IMG/VR virus record: IMGVR_UViG_3300014494_000005
Span: 1-64,000 of that record
Length of the DNA stretch: 64,000 bases
Direction: 5' to 3' (one strand)
The position numbers were made by a program, and so were the translations under genes. Below are positions 27,421 to 36,519 of the stretch, in pieces. Under the pieces are notes generated by a model, which made no database searches, had not been told where the DNA came from, and saw only the letters and a list, made by a program, of their open reading frames with translations. Every line of letters starts with the position of its first letter. Positions within the stretch are counted from its first letter, which is position 1.

Positions 27421-27439
27421 TATGATTAATTATTATGTT

Positions 27440-27820
27440 TTACTTTATTCTTACAACCCAACAATAACCAAACATTAAAGGACATGGATTGACTATTTCA
27501 TCATCTGATTCATCCATAACATTCATAAATTCAGAATAATCTTTTTCCCATACAGACCCCGGAATTTGATTTTGCATTCTTTTTATTTGAACATCAGCTT
27601 CTTCAATTTTCCATTGTCCTATTTCCTTAGAAATTATAGTATATAATGTTTTTATTTCACGAAAAGATATCAAGGTATTTAATGGAGCAATTCTTGTTAA
27701 AAAAAATGTTTTTATTTGAGACTTCAAATCATGTCCTTCAGAAAAGTCTTGTTCGATATTTACTTTAACTTCTGTTCCAGAATTTGGAGAAACATATGTA
27801 CATTCGAATTTTCTTAACAT
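27440..27820 (-). CDS. Hypothetical protein
   Basis: 126-aa ORF. Confidence 0.6.
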   Translation of the reverse strand: MLRKFECTYVSPNSGTEVKVNIEQDFSEGHDLKSQIKTFFLTRIAPLNTLISFREIKTLYTIISKEIGQWKIEEADVQIKRMQNQIPGSVWEKDYSEFMNVMDESDDEIVNPCPLMFGYCWVVRIK

Positions 27821-27837
27821 AATAATATTTTTTACAA

Positions 27838-27868
27838 TAATACGAAAAACAATTTATATTGTTACAAA
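27838..27868 (-). promoter_or_regulatory. TTTGTAAC-N16-CGTATTA motif
   Basis: Spacer AATATAAATTGTTTTT = 16 nt. Confidence 0.6.
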
Positions 27869-27898
27869 AAAAGGGATATATTTTAATATATCCCTTTT
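27869..27898. terminator. Intrinsic terminator downstream of the vWA gene
   Basis: AAAAGGGATATATT-TT-AATATATCCCTTTT perfect hairpin with A/T tracts on both sides. Confidence 0.75.
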
Positions 27899-27916
27899 GT
27901 TTCATTTATATTTTTA

Positions 27917-28831
27917 TTAAAGTTTTAATGCTCCTTCATCACTTGTTGATACGACAGCACCACTTACAACTGTTGCAAGAGCAGTAGTAACCAAACCAGC
28001 AGTTTTTTCATCAAATTTGCTTACAACTGATTTAATATCAGCACCATGCTGAACTGCGATAAGTGTTGCAATTGTAGCACAAATTGCATGATAATCGTCC
28101 AAAATGATAAGTCTTTCACCAAGCATTTTTTTCCAATAGCCAAGAACATCTGGGTCATTTTTGTAACTAGCTTCATTAACGTGTATATGATATACATTAT
28201 AAAGTCTTTGTGCTTCTGCAAGAAGTTGTTCATCAGTATATTCTTCATTTTCTTTATATCCAAGAATATTTTTTAAAGTACTTGCATCAACAAAATCCCA
28301 ACTTTTTTCATCACCAATTGTAAAAAGAAAACCCTTTTCATTACGTTTTTCAAAACAATCAATACTGGTATGTTTACCAGCAATTAACCATGCAAGTAAA
28401 TAACTTTCCATGTCTTGACCACCACCACCACCTTGAATAGCTACGTTTTTTAACCATTTATCAAGGTCTTCAGTACTTGATTCAAATTGACCTATCTGAA
28501 TTGGAGTACTGATGCAATGGTGGTCATTAATTGCACCAAAAAGTACTTGTGGATGTTCTACGCCATTATCAATAATAGTATTCATAAGAGTATCGAGTTC
28601 ATTTTTGATAATATCTTCAGGAATTCTACCCATACTACCAGTATCATCAAGAAAAATCATTATTGCTAAAGATTTTGGATGTTCATCACTGTCACGAGAT
28701 TCTCTAACTGTAATATTTTTTGGAAGCATATCATTTATTGCAGATTTTGAAAAAATATCATCTGCACTTTTACTTGCATAACTTGCACTTATGTGCGTAT
28801 ATGCATCATGTGACCATTTACCACCACCCAT
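27917..28831 (-). CDS. von Willebrand factor A (vWA) domain protein
   Basis: MGGGKWS N-terminus, IFLDDTGSMG MIDAS-like motif, GGGGGQDMESY, FTIGDE. Confidence 0.8.
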   Translation of the reverse strand: MGGGKWSHDAYTHISASYASKSADDIFSKSAINDMLPKNITVRESRDSDEHPKSLAIMIFLDDTGSMGRIPEDIIKNELDTLMNTIIDNGVEHPQVLFGAINDHHCISTPIQIGQFESSTEDLDKWLKNVAIQGGGGGQDMESYLLAWLIAGKHTSIDCFEKRNEKGFLFTIGDEKSWDFVDASTLKNILGYKENEEYTDEQLLAEAQRLYNVYHIHVNEASYKNDPDVLGYWKKMLGERLIILDDYHAICATIATLIAVQHGADIKSVVSKFDEKTAGLVTTALATVVSGAVVSTSDEGALKL

Positions 28832-28833
28832 AA

Positions 28834-29028
28834 TTATTTAGTTTTAGTTGTTTCGTCATTGCATTCACAGTTTTCATCTGTACATTCGCAAGGTTTATCA
28901 CCTGTTTCTGTTACAGGTTCTGTGGTATCAGCAACTTTAGTTGCTTCTTCTGCAGTTTTTACTTCTGCATTTTCTTGTTCTTGTGCCATATCTTCGAAAG
29001 ACTTGGCATCATTTGTATTAAATCCCAT
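28834..29028 (-). CDS. Small acidic protein
   Basis: 64 aa, E/T-rich, three Cys. Confidence 0.55.
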   Translation of the reverse strand: MGFNTNDAKSFEDMAQEQENAEVKTAEEATKVADTTEPVTETGDKPCECTDENCECNDETTKTK

Positions 29029-29099
29029 AATTTAAAATTTTAATTGTTAATACTATTTAATTTAAATAAAACTCATTATATTTATATAAAAAAATTAAG

Positions 29100-29987
29100 T
29101 TACAAATTTAATAAATAAAATTTCTTTTCAAAATTTTTTGCCAATATTTCTCTATATTGTTTATATTCATCAACATGATTTTTATGTTTTGTTAACAAAA
29201 ATGTTAAGATATTTTGATTTACATTAACTTTATCCATTTTTAATTTAGTACCTGCTGCTGACTTATCTCCTAACAAATATAATGCAATTTTTTTACAAAG
29301 CTCCAAATCTATATCAGGAGTTGCTATTTTTTCTGAAAAAAGAGTGGTAGGATACCACATTTTATACTTTGCCGAAATTGTTTCAGCTTTCTTAAATAAT
29401 GTGGTCATATGATAGAAACTAATTATTATAATTCCATGAGTTTCAGGCACTACAAAGACTGTTGTAGGATTTAATCCCATATGAGAATAGCTAATTTGCC
29501 TTAACCATAGCACAAACTCGAACATTCTACTAAACAACCAATTAACATGAATTTGTTTTAATTTCTGTCCAGTAAGAGGAACACTACGGTTTTTTAAATT
29601 TATAGTAAGTTTATTTTTTTCTAAGACCATACTTTCTGGCAGATATCTATGAAAACTTTCTGACGCTTTGTCAGTTTTTGCCATAAGTTGTTTATAATTA
29701 TTTACTGATTTCGTAATTAATTTTCTATTAGCATCAGTTACAATATATTCGATTTTTTTTTCAAATACTCTAAAATCACCGCTTTCATCAGTAAATTTTG
29801 TACCATTTTCCAGAATATCTTTATAATTATTCATTTTCGCCATTGCTTCTGCTGCTAATGAATTTGGATGATAATCTGGATGAATGAGTTTACAATAATC
29901 CCTATACAATTTTTTCCAATCATCTGGGAATATATCTGATGGTTTATTTGATTTAATTAGTTTATCAATTAATTCACGGTCTGTCAT
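29100..29987 (-). CDS. J-domain-like (HPD) protein fused to a degenerate kinase-like domain
   Basis: YRDYCKLIHPDY...AMAKMN; SHMGLNPTTVFVVPETHGIIII catalytic-loop-like segment lacks Asp/Asn. Confidence 0.6.
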   Translation of the reverse strand: MTDRELIDKLIKSNKPSDIFPDDWKKLYRDYCKLIHPDYHPNSLAAEAMAKMNNYKDILENGTKFTDESGDFRVFEKKIEYIVTDANRKLITKSVNNYKQLMAKTDKASESFHRYLPESMVLEKNKLTINLKNRSVPLTGQKLKQIHVNWLFSRMFEFVLWLRQISYSHMGLNPTTVFVVPETHGIIIISFYHMTTLFKKAETISAKYKMWYPTTLFSEKIATPDIDLELCKKIALYLLGDKSAAGTKLKMDKVNVNQNILTFLLTKHKNHVDEYKQYREILAKNFEKKFYLLNL

Positions 29988-29992
29988 AATTT

Positions 29993-30190
29993 TTAATAAT
30001 TATTATTGTATTGTCTTAAAATACCTATTTCATAATCTTCCCATACTTCAATTTGTGCTCTTAAATATTTTTTAAGAACATCATCAGTAGCATCTGCTAA
30101 ATCTACATATAATGTTTTAATAATATCACCACAACGGACATATGCTTCATTATTTCTAATCACTGAGACAATTTTAACATTATTTCCCAT
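29993..30190 (-). CDS. Hypothetical protein
   Basis: 65-aa ORF. Confidence 0.55.
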   Translation of the reverse strand: MGNNVKIVSVIRNNEAYVRCGDIIKTLYVDLADATDDVLKKYLRAQIEVWEDYEIGILRQYNNNY

Positions 30191-30191
30191 A

Positions 30192-30455
30192 TTATTTTAT
30201 TTTTGAATGTAAAACACTATCAAGTTCTTTAATTTCAATTTTAATTGAATCTTTTGTGAGATAATTTTTATCGTGAAGATATTTCACAGTTTTATTAAAA
30301 CCATCCCAAAGACCTTGTTCATAAGTTTTTTGTGGATTTTGTTCTGTTAAAACTACAGTAGAGGGTTTAAAACCTTTATGTTTTTGTACAACAACAAAAA
30401 AAATACCAATTGCAATTATCGTAATAAATAATATAAAATTTATAATCCTTTTCAT
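30192..30455 (-). CDS. Small membrane-anchored protein
   Basis: N-terminal TM. Confidence 0.55.
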   Translation of the reverse strand: MKRIINFILFITIIAIGIFFVVVQKHKGFKPSTVVLTEQNPQKTYEQGLWDGFNKTVKYLHDKNYLTKDSIKIEIKELDSVLHSKIK

Positions 30456-30457
30456 AA

Positions 30458-31048
30458 TTAAAATGTTTTATGTATAAAAAATCTTTTTATTCTATAACAA
30501 ATATTAGGGGTTAAACCCGAATAATTATCGGTTTGAAAAAAGTTGAATTGTTGATTTAGAAGCATATCACTATCATCATCAATTATAGCAAAACGATAAA
30601 AATCATAATAATGAATACCAAACCATTTCATACAATTTTCTTTTAACCAAAGTGATATTTCAGTTCCTCTTTCAAATCCAGTATGCTTTGTTTTATCAAT
30701 AATAGTAAATGTTGCACCACAATATTTAAAAATTTCTTGAAGTCTTTCAAGGGTATGTCCATTTCTCATTGAAGCCGACAATACTACAGCAGAATTAGTT
30801 TCTTTACAAAGATTATTTAATAAATCTATGCGCATAGGACAAATTTCATTTTTATAATAATCTAATTTTGAAATTTCATTTGCTTTTAACATTTTGCGTA
30901 AATATTTCTTAACTGTTTTATAAAAAGGTATACCATCATATTGAGTTAAATGTTTATATCTCTCAGTATAAAACAATTGACAATTAAGTACCCCATCTAT
31001 ATCAAGAAAAATTATTGAATTATATTTATTAAGTTCCGCTTCCATCAA
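30458..31048 (-). CDS. HAD-superfamily phosphatase (HAD_SAK_2 RNA-repair type)
   Basis: IIFLDIDGVLN, VVLSAS.R, RGTEI..WL, FAIIDDDSDM. Confidence 0.85.
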   Translation of the reverse strand: MMEAELNKYNSIIFLDIDGVLNCQLFYTERYKHLTQYDGIPFYKTVKKYLRKMLKANEISKLDYYKNEICPMRIDLLNNLCKETNSAVVLSASMRNGHTLERLQEIFKYCGATFTIIDKTKHTGFERGTEISLWLKENCMKWFGIHYYDFYRFAIIDDDSDMLLNQQFNFFQTDNYSGLTPNICYRIKRFFIHKTF

Positions 31049-31259
31049 TTAATTCATCTACTTCTTCAAAAGTTTTTACTGTAACTTCACCACAATAATT
31101 TTCAAATAATGATTTTATATCTTTCCGAAAAACTTCAAGTTCTTCTTGATTATCAAAATAAAAATCATGTTGTAATTTCCATCGAACATCGTTTATACCA
31201 ATAGTTGGGTCTCCTTTAGATAAAACATGAAATCCACTAACTTTAATTATATTAATCAT
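31029..31259 (-). CDS. Hypothetical protein
   Basis: First gene of the leftward block. Confidence 0.55.
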   Translation of the reverse strand: MINIIKVSGFHVLSKGDPTIGINDVRWKLQHDFYFDNQEELEVFRKDIKSLFENYCGEVTVKTFEEVDELIDGSGT

Positions 31260-31271
31260 AATTTTTATTTT

Positions 31272-31303
31272 ATTAAACGAATCTTCTATCAGAAGGTTAC
31301 AAA
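31272..31303 (-). promoter_or_regulatory. TTTGTAAC-N16-CGTTTAAT motif at the strand-switch region
   Basis: Spacer CTTCTGATAGAAGATT = 16 nt; a divergent TATTTTTG -7 element precedes 31426. Confidence 0.6.
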
Positions 31304-31425
31304 CTTTTAAATATTTTTTGACAAATGTAAATAAAAAAATTAATAATACTATAATAATATTTATTTTTTATAAAAATTATAGTAAAAAAAATTTTTTATT
31401 TAAATTATTTCATTATTTTTGCATC

Positions 31426-31986
31426 ATGATAAATTTAGAAAAAATAAAAGAATTTGCGCAAAAATCTTATGATGATGCTAATTGTAAATATAATGATGGA
31501 AATTATTTTATTCATATTAATATGGTTGTCGATACATTAAATAATCATATGAATATATTTTGTAATCATAATGATTTTATTAATACTCTTGCAGCATGCT
31601 ACACACATGATTTGTTGGAAGATGCAAAAAAATCATATAATGATATCAAAATAATATCAAATAAAGATGTTGTAGACATTACATTAGCAGTTACTGATGT
31701 TCCAGCAGAAAATCGTTTGATGCGACATTTACTTACTATGGGTAAAACTGTAAGAGATTATCGTGCAATAATTCTTAAAATGTGTGATATGCTTGCTAAT
31801 GCTCAATATAGTAAAGAACATAATAGCTCAATGTATAAAAAATATGTTGAAGAATACGAATATCGCAAACCAATTTTTAAAAAAGCATTAACTTGGTATA
31901 AAGATAATCTCGATATGGATGAAGTTGAAAAACTTTGGGTAATATTGGATTATATTCACAATAATAAAAATATAAATAATTTATGA
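31426..31986 (+). CDS. HD_4 (Mesh1/SpoT-like) hydrolase
   Basis: YFIHINMV, ACYTHDLLED, V.DITLAVTD, ILKMCDMLAN; ATG 31426 preferred over the ORF-track start. Confidence 0.75.
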   Translation: MINLEKIKEFAQKSYDDANCKYNDGNYFIHINMVVDTLNNHMNIFCNHNDFINTLAACYTHDLLEDAKKSYNDIKIISNKDVVDITLAVTDVPAENRLMRHLLTMGKTVRDYRAIILKMCDMLANAQYSKEHNSSMYKKYVEEYEYRKPIFKKALTWYKDNLDMDEVEKLWVILDYIHNNKNINNL

Positions 31987-32528
31987 AAAATTTAGGACAT
32001 CTTATGCTTGACCTTGAAACAATGGGTAATAAAAGCAATGCAGTAATTGTTTCAATTGGTGCTGTTGAATTTGACCTTGAAACAGGTGAATTAGGTAAAG
32101 AATTTTATGAAAGAATTGATTTACAATCATGTCTTGATGTTGGCTTAATAGTTAATGGTAGTACACTTTACTGGTGGTTACAACAAAGTGAAGCAGCAAG
32201 AAATGAAATTTGTAAAAAAGGTAATGACCTCAGAAGTGCATTAGTTTTGTTCAATACTTTTATGATATTTGAAAATGATTTTAAAGATATTCAAATTTGG
32301 GGAAATGGTGCAAGATTTGATATTGGTATATTGGAGGATGCATATACTGCACTTAAATTAGGTACTCCTTGGAATTTTAGAAATGAAAGAGATGTACGTA
32401 CATTAGTTTCATTTGCTCCACAAGTTAAAGAACATTATCCTATAAGTGGTATGGTGCATTATGCGTTAGATGATTGTAAAAACCAAATTGGTTATTGTTG
32501 TGCTATTTGGCAGAAATTAAATAAATAA
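31983..32528 (+). CDS. DEDDh 3'-5' exo(ribo)nuclease (phage/Rv2179c-like)
   Basis: MLDLETMG, WGNGARFDIGIL, HYALDDC..Q. Confidence 0.88.
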   Translation: MKNLGHLMLDLETMGNKSNAVIVSIGAVEFDLETGELGKEFYERIDLQSCLDVGLIVNGSTLYWWLQQSEAARNEICKKGNDLRSALVLFNTFMIFENDFKDIQIWGNGARFDIGILEDAYTALKLGTPWNFRNERDVRTLVSFAPQVKEHYPISGMVHYALDDCKNQIGYCCAIWQKLNK

Positions 32529-32539
32529 ATTTAATTATC

Positions 32540-32780
32540 ATCATTAATGGTACTTTTACATACATATTTGTAATGAATTAACTAAATATATAAAAAAACC
32601 ATTAATGTAAATATTAAATCAACTATTAGATATAAAAATATTGGTGCTGTTCGTTTAAGTGACACTAAACAAGTAATTAAATTCATGGATTGGTTATATT
32701 ATGATTCAACAATTTATTTAATAAGAAAATATAATAAATTTAAAAATTTTAAATTATTATGGAATGGGAAGATGAATTAA
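32540..32780 (+). pseudogene. LAGLIDADG homing endonuclease C-terminal remnant
   Basis: ..GAVRLSDTKQVIKFMDWLYYDSTIYLIRKYNKF resembles the C-terminus of 33617-34603; frameshift/stop upstream, no start codon. Confidence 0.55.
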
Positions 32781-33145
32781 AAAAACATATTCTTAAATGG
32801 ATTAAAGAAGAATTTGACCCAGAAGCCAATATGAATAATTTATGTTTTATTGATATTGGATTACCAGAGGATATTGATTTTAATGAATTTTCTATTCCAA
32901 ATTTAGGTAAATTTTATGCTTATTCTATAATGAAAGAAAATTATGAACAAGCAGAAAAAATTAAAGAAATGCTTGCTAAAAAAGGTAGTAACGTTAATTT
33001 AGATATTAATGAAAAAACCAGAGAAGGTATTCTTGAAATATCTTTTGTTCCTGAAAAAGGTGTGGAAAAAATTGAAATAAATATGAAAGTATTAAAAAAT
33101 GGTTTAAGTATTGATTGGGATAAGGAATTAAAAGATAAATTATAA
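32759..33145 (+). CDS. Hypothetical protein
   Basis: 128-aa ORF. Confidence 0.6.
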   Translation: MEWEDELKKHILKWIKEEFDPEANMNNLCFIDIGLPEDIDFNEFSIPNLGKFYAYSIMKENYEQAEKIKEMLAKKGSNVNLDINEKTREGILEISFVPEKGVEKIEINMKVLKNGLSIDWDKELKDKL

Positions 33146-33156
33146 TAATTAATTAT

Positions 33157-33507
33157 ATGAAAAATTTAACAGCAGAAACATTTAAAGAAAAAATATTTGA
33201 CTTTTCAAAAGAAACTGAATGGTCATTTAAAAGTAGTAAACCTGCAATTATTGATTTTTATGCTGATTGGTGTTCACCTTGCAAAGCAATTGCTCCAGTT
33301 CTTGATGAACTTAATAAGGAATATCAAAATATTGATTTTTATAAAGTAGATACTGATGCAGAAAATGAAATAGCATCTGCTTTTAATATTAAAAATATAC
33401 CTTCAATACTTTTTATACCTCTTACAGGTATGCCACAAATGTCTTTAGGTGCAATGCCTAAAGAAATATTTAAGAAAATAATTAAAGAAGTATTAGGTAT
33501 TGAATAA
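33157..33507 (+). CDS. trxA: Thioredoxin
   Basis: IDFYADWCSPCK, FYKVDTD, cis-Pro IPSILF. Confidence 0.95.
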   Translation: MKNLTAETFKEKIFDFSKETEWSFKSSKPAIIDFYADWCSPCKAIAPVLDELNKEYQNIDFYKVDTDAENEIASAFNIKNIPSILFIPLTGMPQMSLGAMPKEIFKKIIKEVLGIE

Positions 33508-33521
33508 AAAATATTCGTAAT

Positions 33522-33553
33522 TTTGTAACCTATTAATTTTTTATTAGTATAAG
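33522..33553 (+). promoter_or_regulatory. TTTGTAAC-N16-AGTATAAG motif
   Basis: 16-nt spacer. Confidence 0.5.
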
Positions 33554-33616
33554 TAAAAAAATGGACAACAATAATATTTTTGGATATGGAGAAGTATTTA
33601 TAACTAAAATATAATT

Positions 33617-34603
33617 ATGGATACAATACAAACATTTGAAAAAGAAATTATTGAATTATCGAAAATTAAATCGCAAAAAGAAATTGCATTACTATATAAC
33701 AGTACTCAGCCAAAAATTAGTAATATTTTAAGGAAAAATAAAATTATAAATAAAAAGAGTAGATTAAATATGAGTCATCTTGCACTTAATATTGACTATT
33801 TTAAAGAAATTAATTCTAATGATAAAGCATATTGGCTTGGATTTATATGTGCTGATGGTAATATTAAAAAAACAAACAATAAGGTTAGTTTAATATCTAA
33901 AGATTTAGAAGTAATTGTAGGATTTAAAGAAGCAATTGGCGCAGAACATAAAATTAGTAAAAGGGAAATTTTTGATAAACGAACAAATAAAACATATACT
34001 GGATATAGTATTCAGATTGGCAATGAAATATTTACCCAGCATTTAATTAATTTAGGTATTACTAATAATAAAACAAATGTATTGGAATTTCCAAATATTG
34101 AAGAGAAATACTATTCATATTTTATTGCTGGATTATTTGATGGTGATGGGTCAATTTCATTGAAAGGGATAAATAAAAATAGATTAGTAATTAATTTAAT
34201 TTCTACAAATGAAATGTTATTATATATTAAAGAATATATTTTAAATAAATTAAATATTAAACCAAAATATTGTTGTGATGTTAGTAAAAATAAACAAAAT
34301 GTTTGGAAAATGTATTTGTATTCAGATGCACATAGATTTTTAAAATTTATATATTGTGATGCTAATTTCAAATATTATTTAAAAAGAAAATATAATATAT
34401 TTCTAAAAAATATTAATTATCGAAATAATATTCGTCATTTAAAAAAAGTAATACAATGTGATAAAAATATGAATATAATTAAAATATGGAATACAATTAG
34501 AGAAGCAAGTATTGAAATGAATTGTCACGAAAACACGTTAAATTATAATATAAAGAAAGAAAGATTATTTAAAAATTATCATTGGAAACATGAAAATGAA
34601 TAA
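33617..34603 (+). CDS. LAGLIDADG homing endonuclease (two motifs, C-terminal NUMOD1-like)
   Basis: YWLGFICADGNI and YFIAGLFDGDGSI; KVIQCD..IWNTIREA; AAGTATTTATA at 33592-33602. Confidence 0.9.
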   Translation: MDTIQTFEKEIIELSKIKSQKEIALLYNSTQPKISNILRKNKIINKKSRLNMSHLALNIDYFKEINSNDKAYWLGFICADGNIKKTNNKVSLISKDLEVIVGFKEAIGAEHKISKREIFDKRTNKTYTGYSIQIGNEIFTQHLINLGITNNKTNVLEFPNIEEKYYSYFIAGLFDGDGSISLKGINKNRLVINLISTNEMLLYIKEYILNKLNIKPKYCCDVSKNKQNVWKMYLYSDAHRFLKFIYCDANFKYYLKRKYNIFLKNINYRNNIRHLKKVIQCDKNMNIIKIWNTIREASIEMNCHENTLNYNIKKERLFKNYHWKHENE

Positions 34604-35051
34604 TAATGTGGTTTTATTTTTAGATTTAGATGGTGTTATGTGTACCACCACTCAATATTATACTAATAAAGATAAATGGAATTCCGAATATCATCGTTAT
34701 AAATTCGATGAAAAATGCGTGAAAGTGTTTAATCAAATTATTGAAAAAACAAAACCAATTATTATATTGTCAAGCGATTGGAAAGATAGTTATACTATTG
34801 AACAACTTAATCGTATTTTTGAAATAAATAAGGTCGATGTAAAAATTTTTGATATTACACCGCAATTATGGGGTATTAAATATTTTAAATTAACTGAATT
34901 AGAAGAATGTCGTGCAAATGAAATATTAAAATATGTTGAAGGCCATAAGATAAAAAAATTTATTGCAATTGATGACCTTGATTTATCGAAATGGCTTCCT
35001 AACAATTTCATTAGAACACCAATGGCAAATGAAGGTATTAAAACAAAGTAA
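34590..35051 (+). CDS. HAD-superfamily phosphatase (HAD_SAK_2 type), second copy
   Basis: VLFLDLDGVM, IILSSDWK, CRANEI, FIAIDDLD. Confidence 0.85.
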   Translation: MKMNNNVVLFLDLDGVMCTTTQYYTNKDKWNSEYHRYKFDEKCVKVFNQIIEKTKPIIILSSDWKDSYTIEQLNRIFEINKVDVKIFDITPQLWGIKYFKLTELEECRANEILKYVEGHKIKKFIAIDDLDLSKWLPNNFIRTPMANEGIKTK

Positions 35052-35092
35052 TGTTAAAGATAAGATTTTTAAATTAATTAATTTATTATAAA

Positions 35093-36490
35093 ATGAAAAA
35101 CGAAAAATTAGAATTATTATTGAACAAGGTGGTTGAATATAATCGACCAGATATTGCTCACTATAGAGGATTTCTCTATAAAAATGGTGTTGACGACTAC
35201 TATATTAAAATCGTTGAAGTTGATAGTGGTAATATTACTATTGATGAAAAAGTATATCTGCAAGAAAGTGATGCACAATTTATCACTTTATCTGAAAAAC
35301 CTAAATTAATGCGAGTTAGTATGAAATCATGGCATTATCGTTTGATTAAATTCGTACTTCGCAGTAATGCACCTACCCCTAAAACAATGCAAAATGGTTG
35401 TCCTTATTTTTGGTTATTATTGTTTTCATTATTTATGGTAATATTTGTATTACTTAGACATTTAATTAAATTTATATTTTTATTAATCCCTAAAACATTG
35501 CTTTGGGGATTGAAAAAACTTACTGATGGTTGGATAATGAATATCGATGAACGACAAGTATATGGCATGTATTGGAATAATGATACAAAAATGCCAATAA
35601 CTGCAAAAATATATTTTGATAAATCCGATGAGAATTTTTTGGATTATTTTTTGCTTGAAAAATATCATCTTGATGGTAAAATAAATCCAGAAGAATATGA
35701 AAAAAAGAAGCAAGAACTTTTAGTAAAATGGGAAAAATGGCGTGAAGAATTAGCAAAATCTCGTCAATTTTTTAGAGAAGAAGCACAGAAAAGAGAAGAA
35801 GAAATTGAACGTAGAAAAGCTGAACGTGAACGTCTTCAAGCAATAAAAAAAGCTAAATGGGATGCCAGAATGAAACCAATTAATGATGGTTTTAAAAAAA
35901 TATCTACATCAATTTCAAATGCATTTACTTTTAATCCTGCTAATTTAAAAAACATTATTAAAAGAACAAAACAATTTGTTGGTGCATTAATTACATTGTT
36001 TTTACTTGCAGTAACATATTTTGCAGTTAATGGTCTTACATATTGTATAATTGCTGCTATTGATTGGTGTATTGTAAATTGGGTAATTTTTGTATGTATT
36101 GGTTTAGGTGCTGTTGCTGTCGGTATTATCTATATACTTTATGTACTTATTGGCGGTTGGTTACAAAATATAGTTAATAAATATCAAATTGGTAAAAAAG
36201 TATGGTATATTGAACCATTGATTTATTTAATTTGGTATCCAGTGAAATATGCAGTACATGGAATAGTATATGGATTTTTTTACATAGTATGTATACCAAT
36301 TAAATTCGTATTTTATAATTTAATATTTAAATTCATACTTATACCATTAAGTATTCTTATTTGGAAATTATTGAAAGCATTAGGTAACGGTCTTAAAAAT
36401 AGTAGTGGCGTATTTGGTGAATATTTCAATGCAAGTTACAGTGATTATTGTCCGGGAATTGAATGGGTTGATACTGAGGAAGAAAAATAG
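35093..36490 (+). CDS. Multi-pass membrane protein with a central coiled coil
   Basis: Several hydrophobic segments; E/K/R-rich coil; CPYFW motif. Confidence 0.7.
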   Translation: MKNEKLELLLNKVVEYNRPDIAHYRGFLYKNGVDDYYIKIVEVDSGNITIDEKVYLQESDAQFITLSEKPKLMRVSMKSWHYRLIKFVLRSNAPTPKTMQNGCPYFWLLLFSLFMVIFVLLRHLIKFIFLLIPKTLLWGLKKLTDGWIMNIDERQVYGMYWNNDTKMPITAKIYFDKSDENFLDYFLLEKYHLDGKINPEEYEKKKQELLVKWEKWREELAKSRQFFREEAQKREEEIERRKAERERLQAIKKAKWDARMKPINDGFKKISTSISNAFTFNPANLKNIIKRTKQFVGALITLFLLAVTYFAVNGLTYCIIAAIDWCIVNWVIFVCIGLGAVAVGIIYILYVLIGGWLQNIVNKYQIGKKVWYIEPLIYLIWYPVKYAVHGIVYGFFYIVCIPIKFVFYNLIFKFILIPLSILIWKLLKALGNGLKNSSGVFGEYFNASYSDYCPGIEWVDTEEEK

Positions 36491-36519
36491 TAATTTTTTA
36501 ACACTTAAAACTTAAAGTT

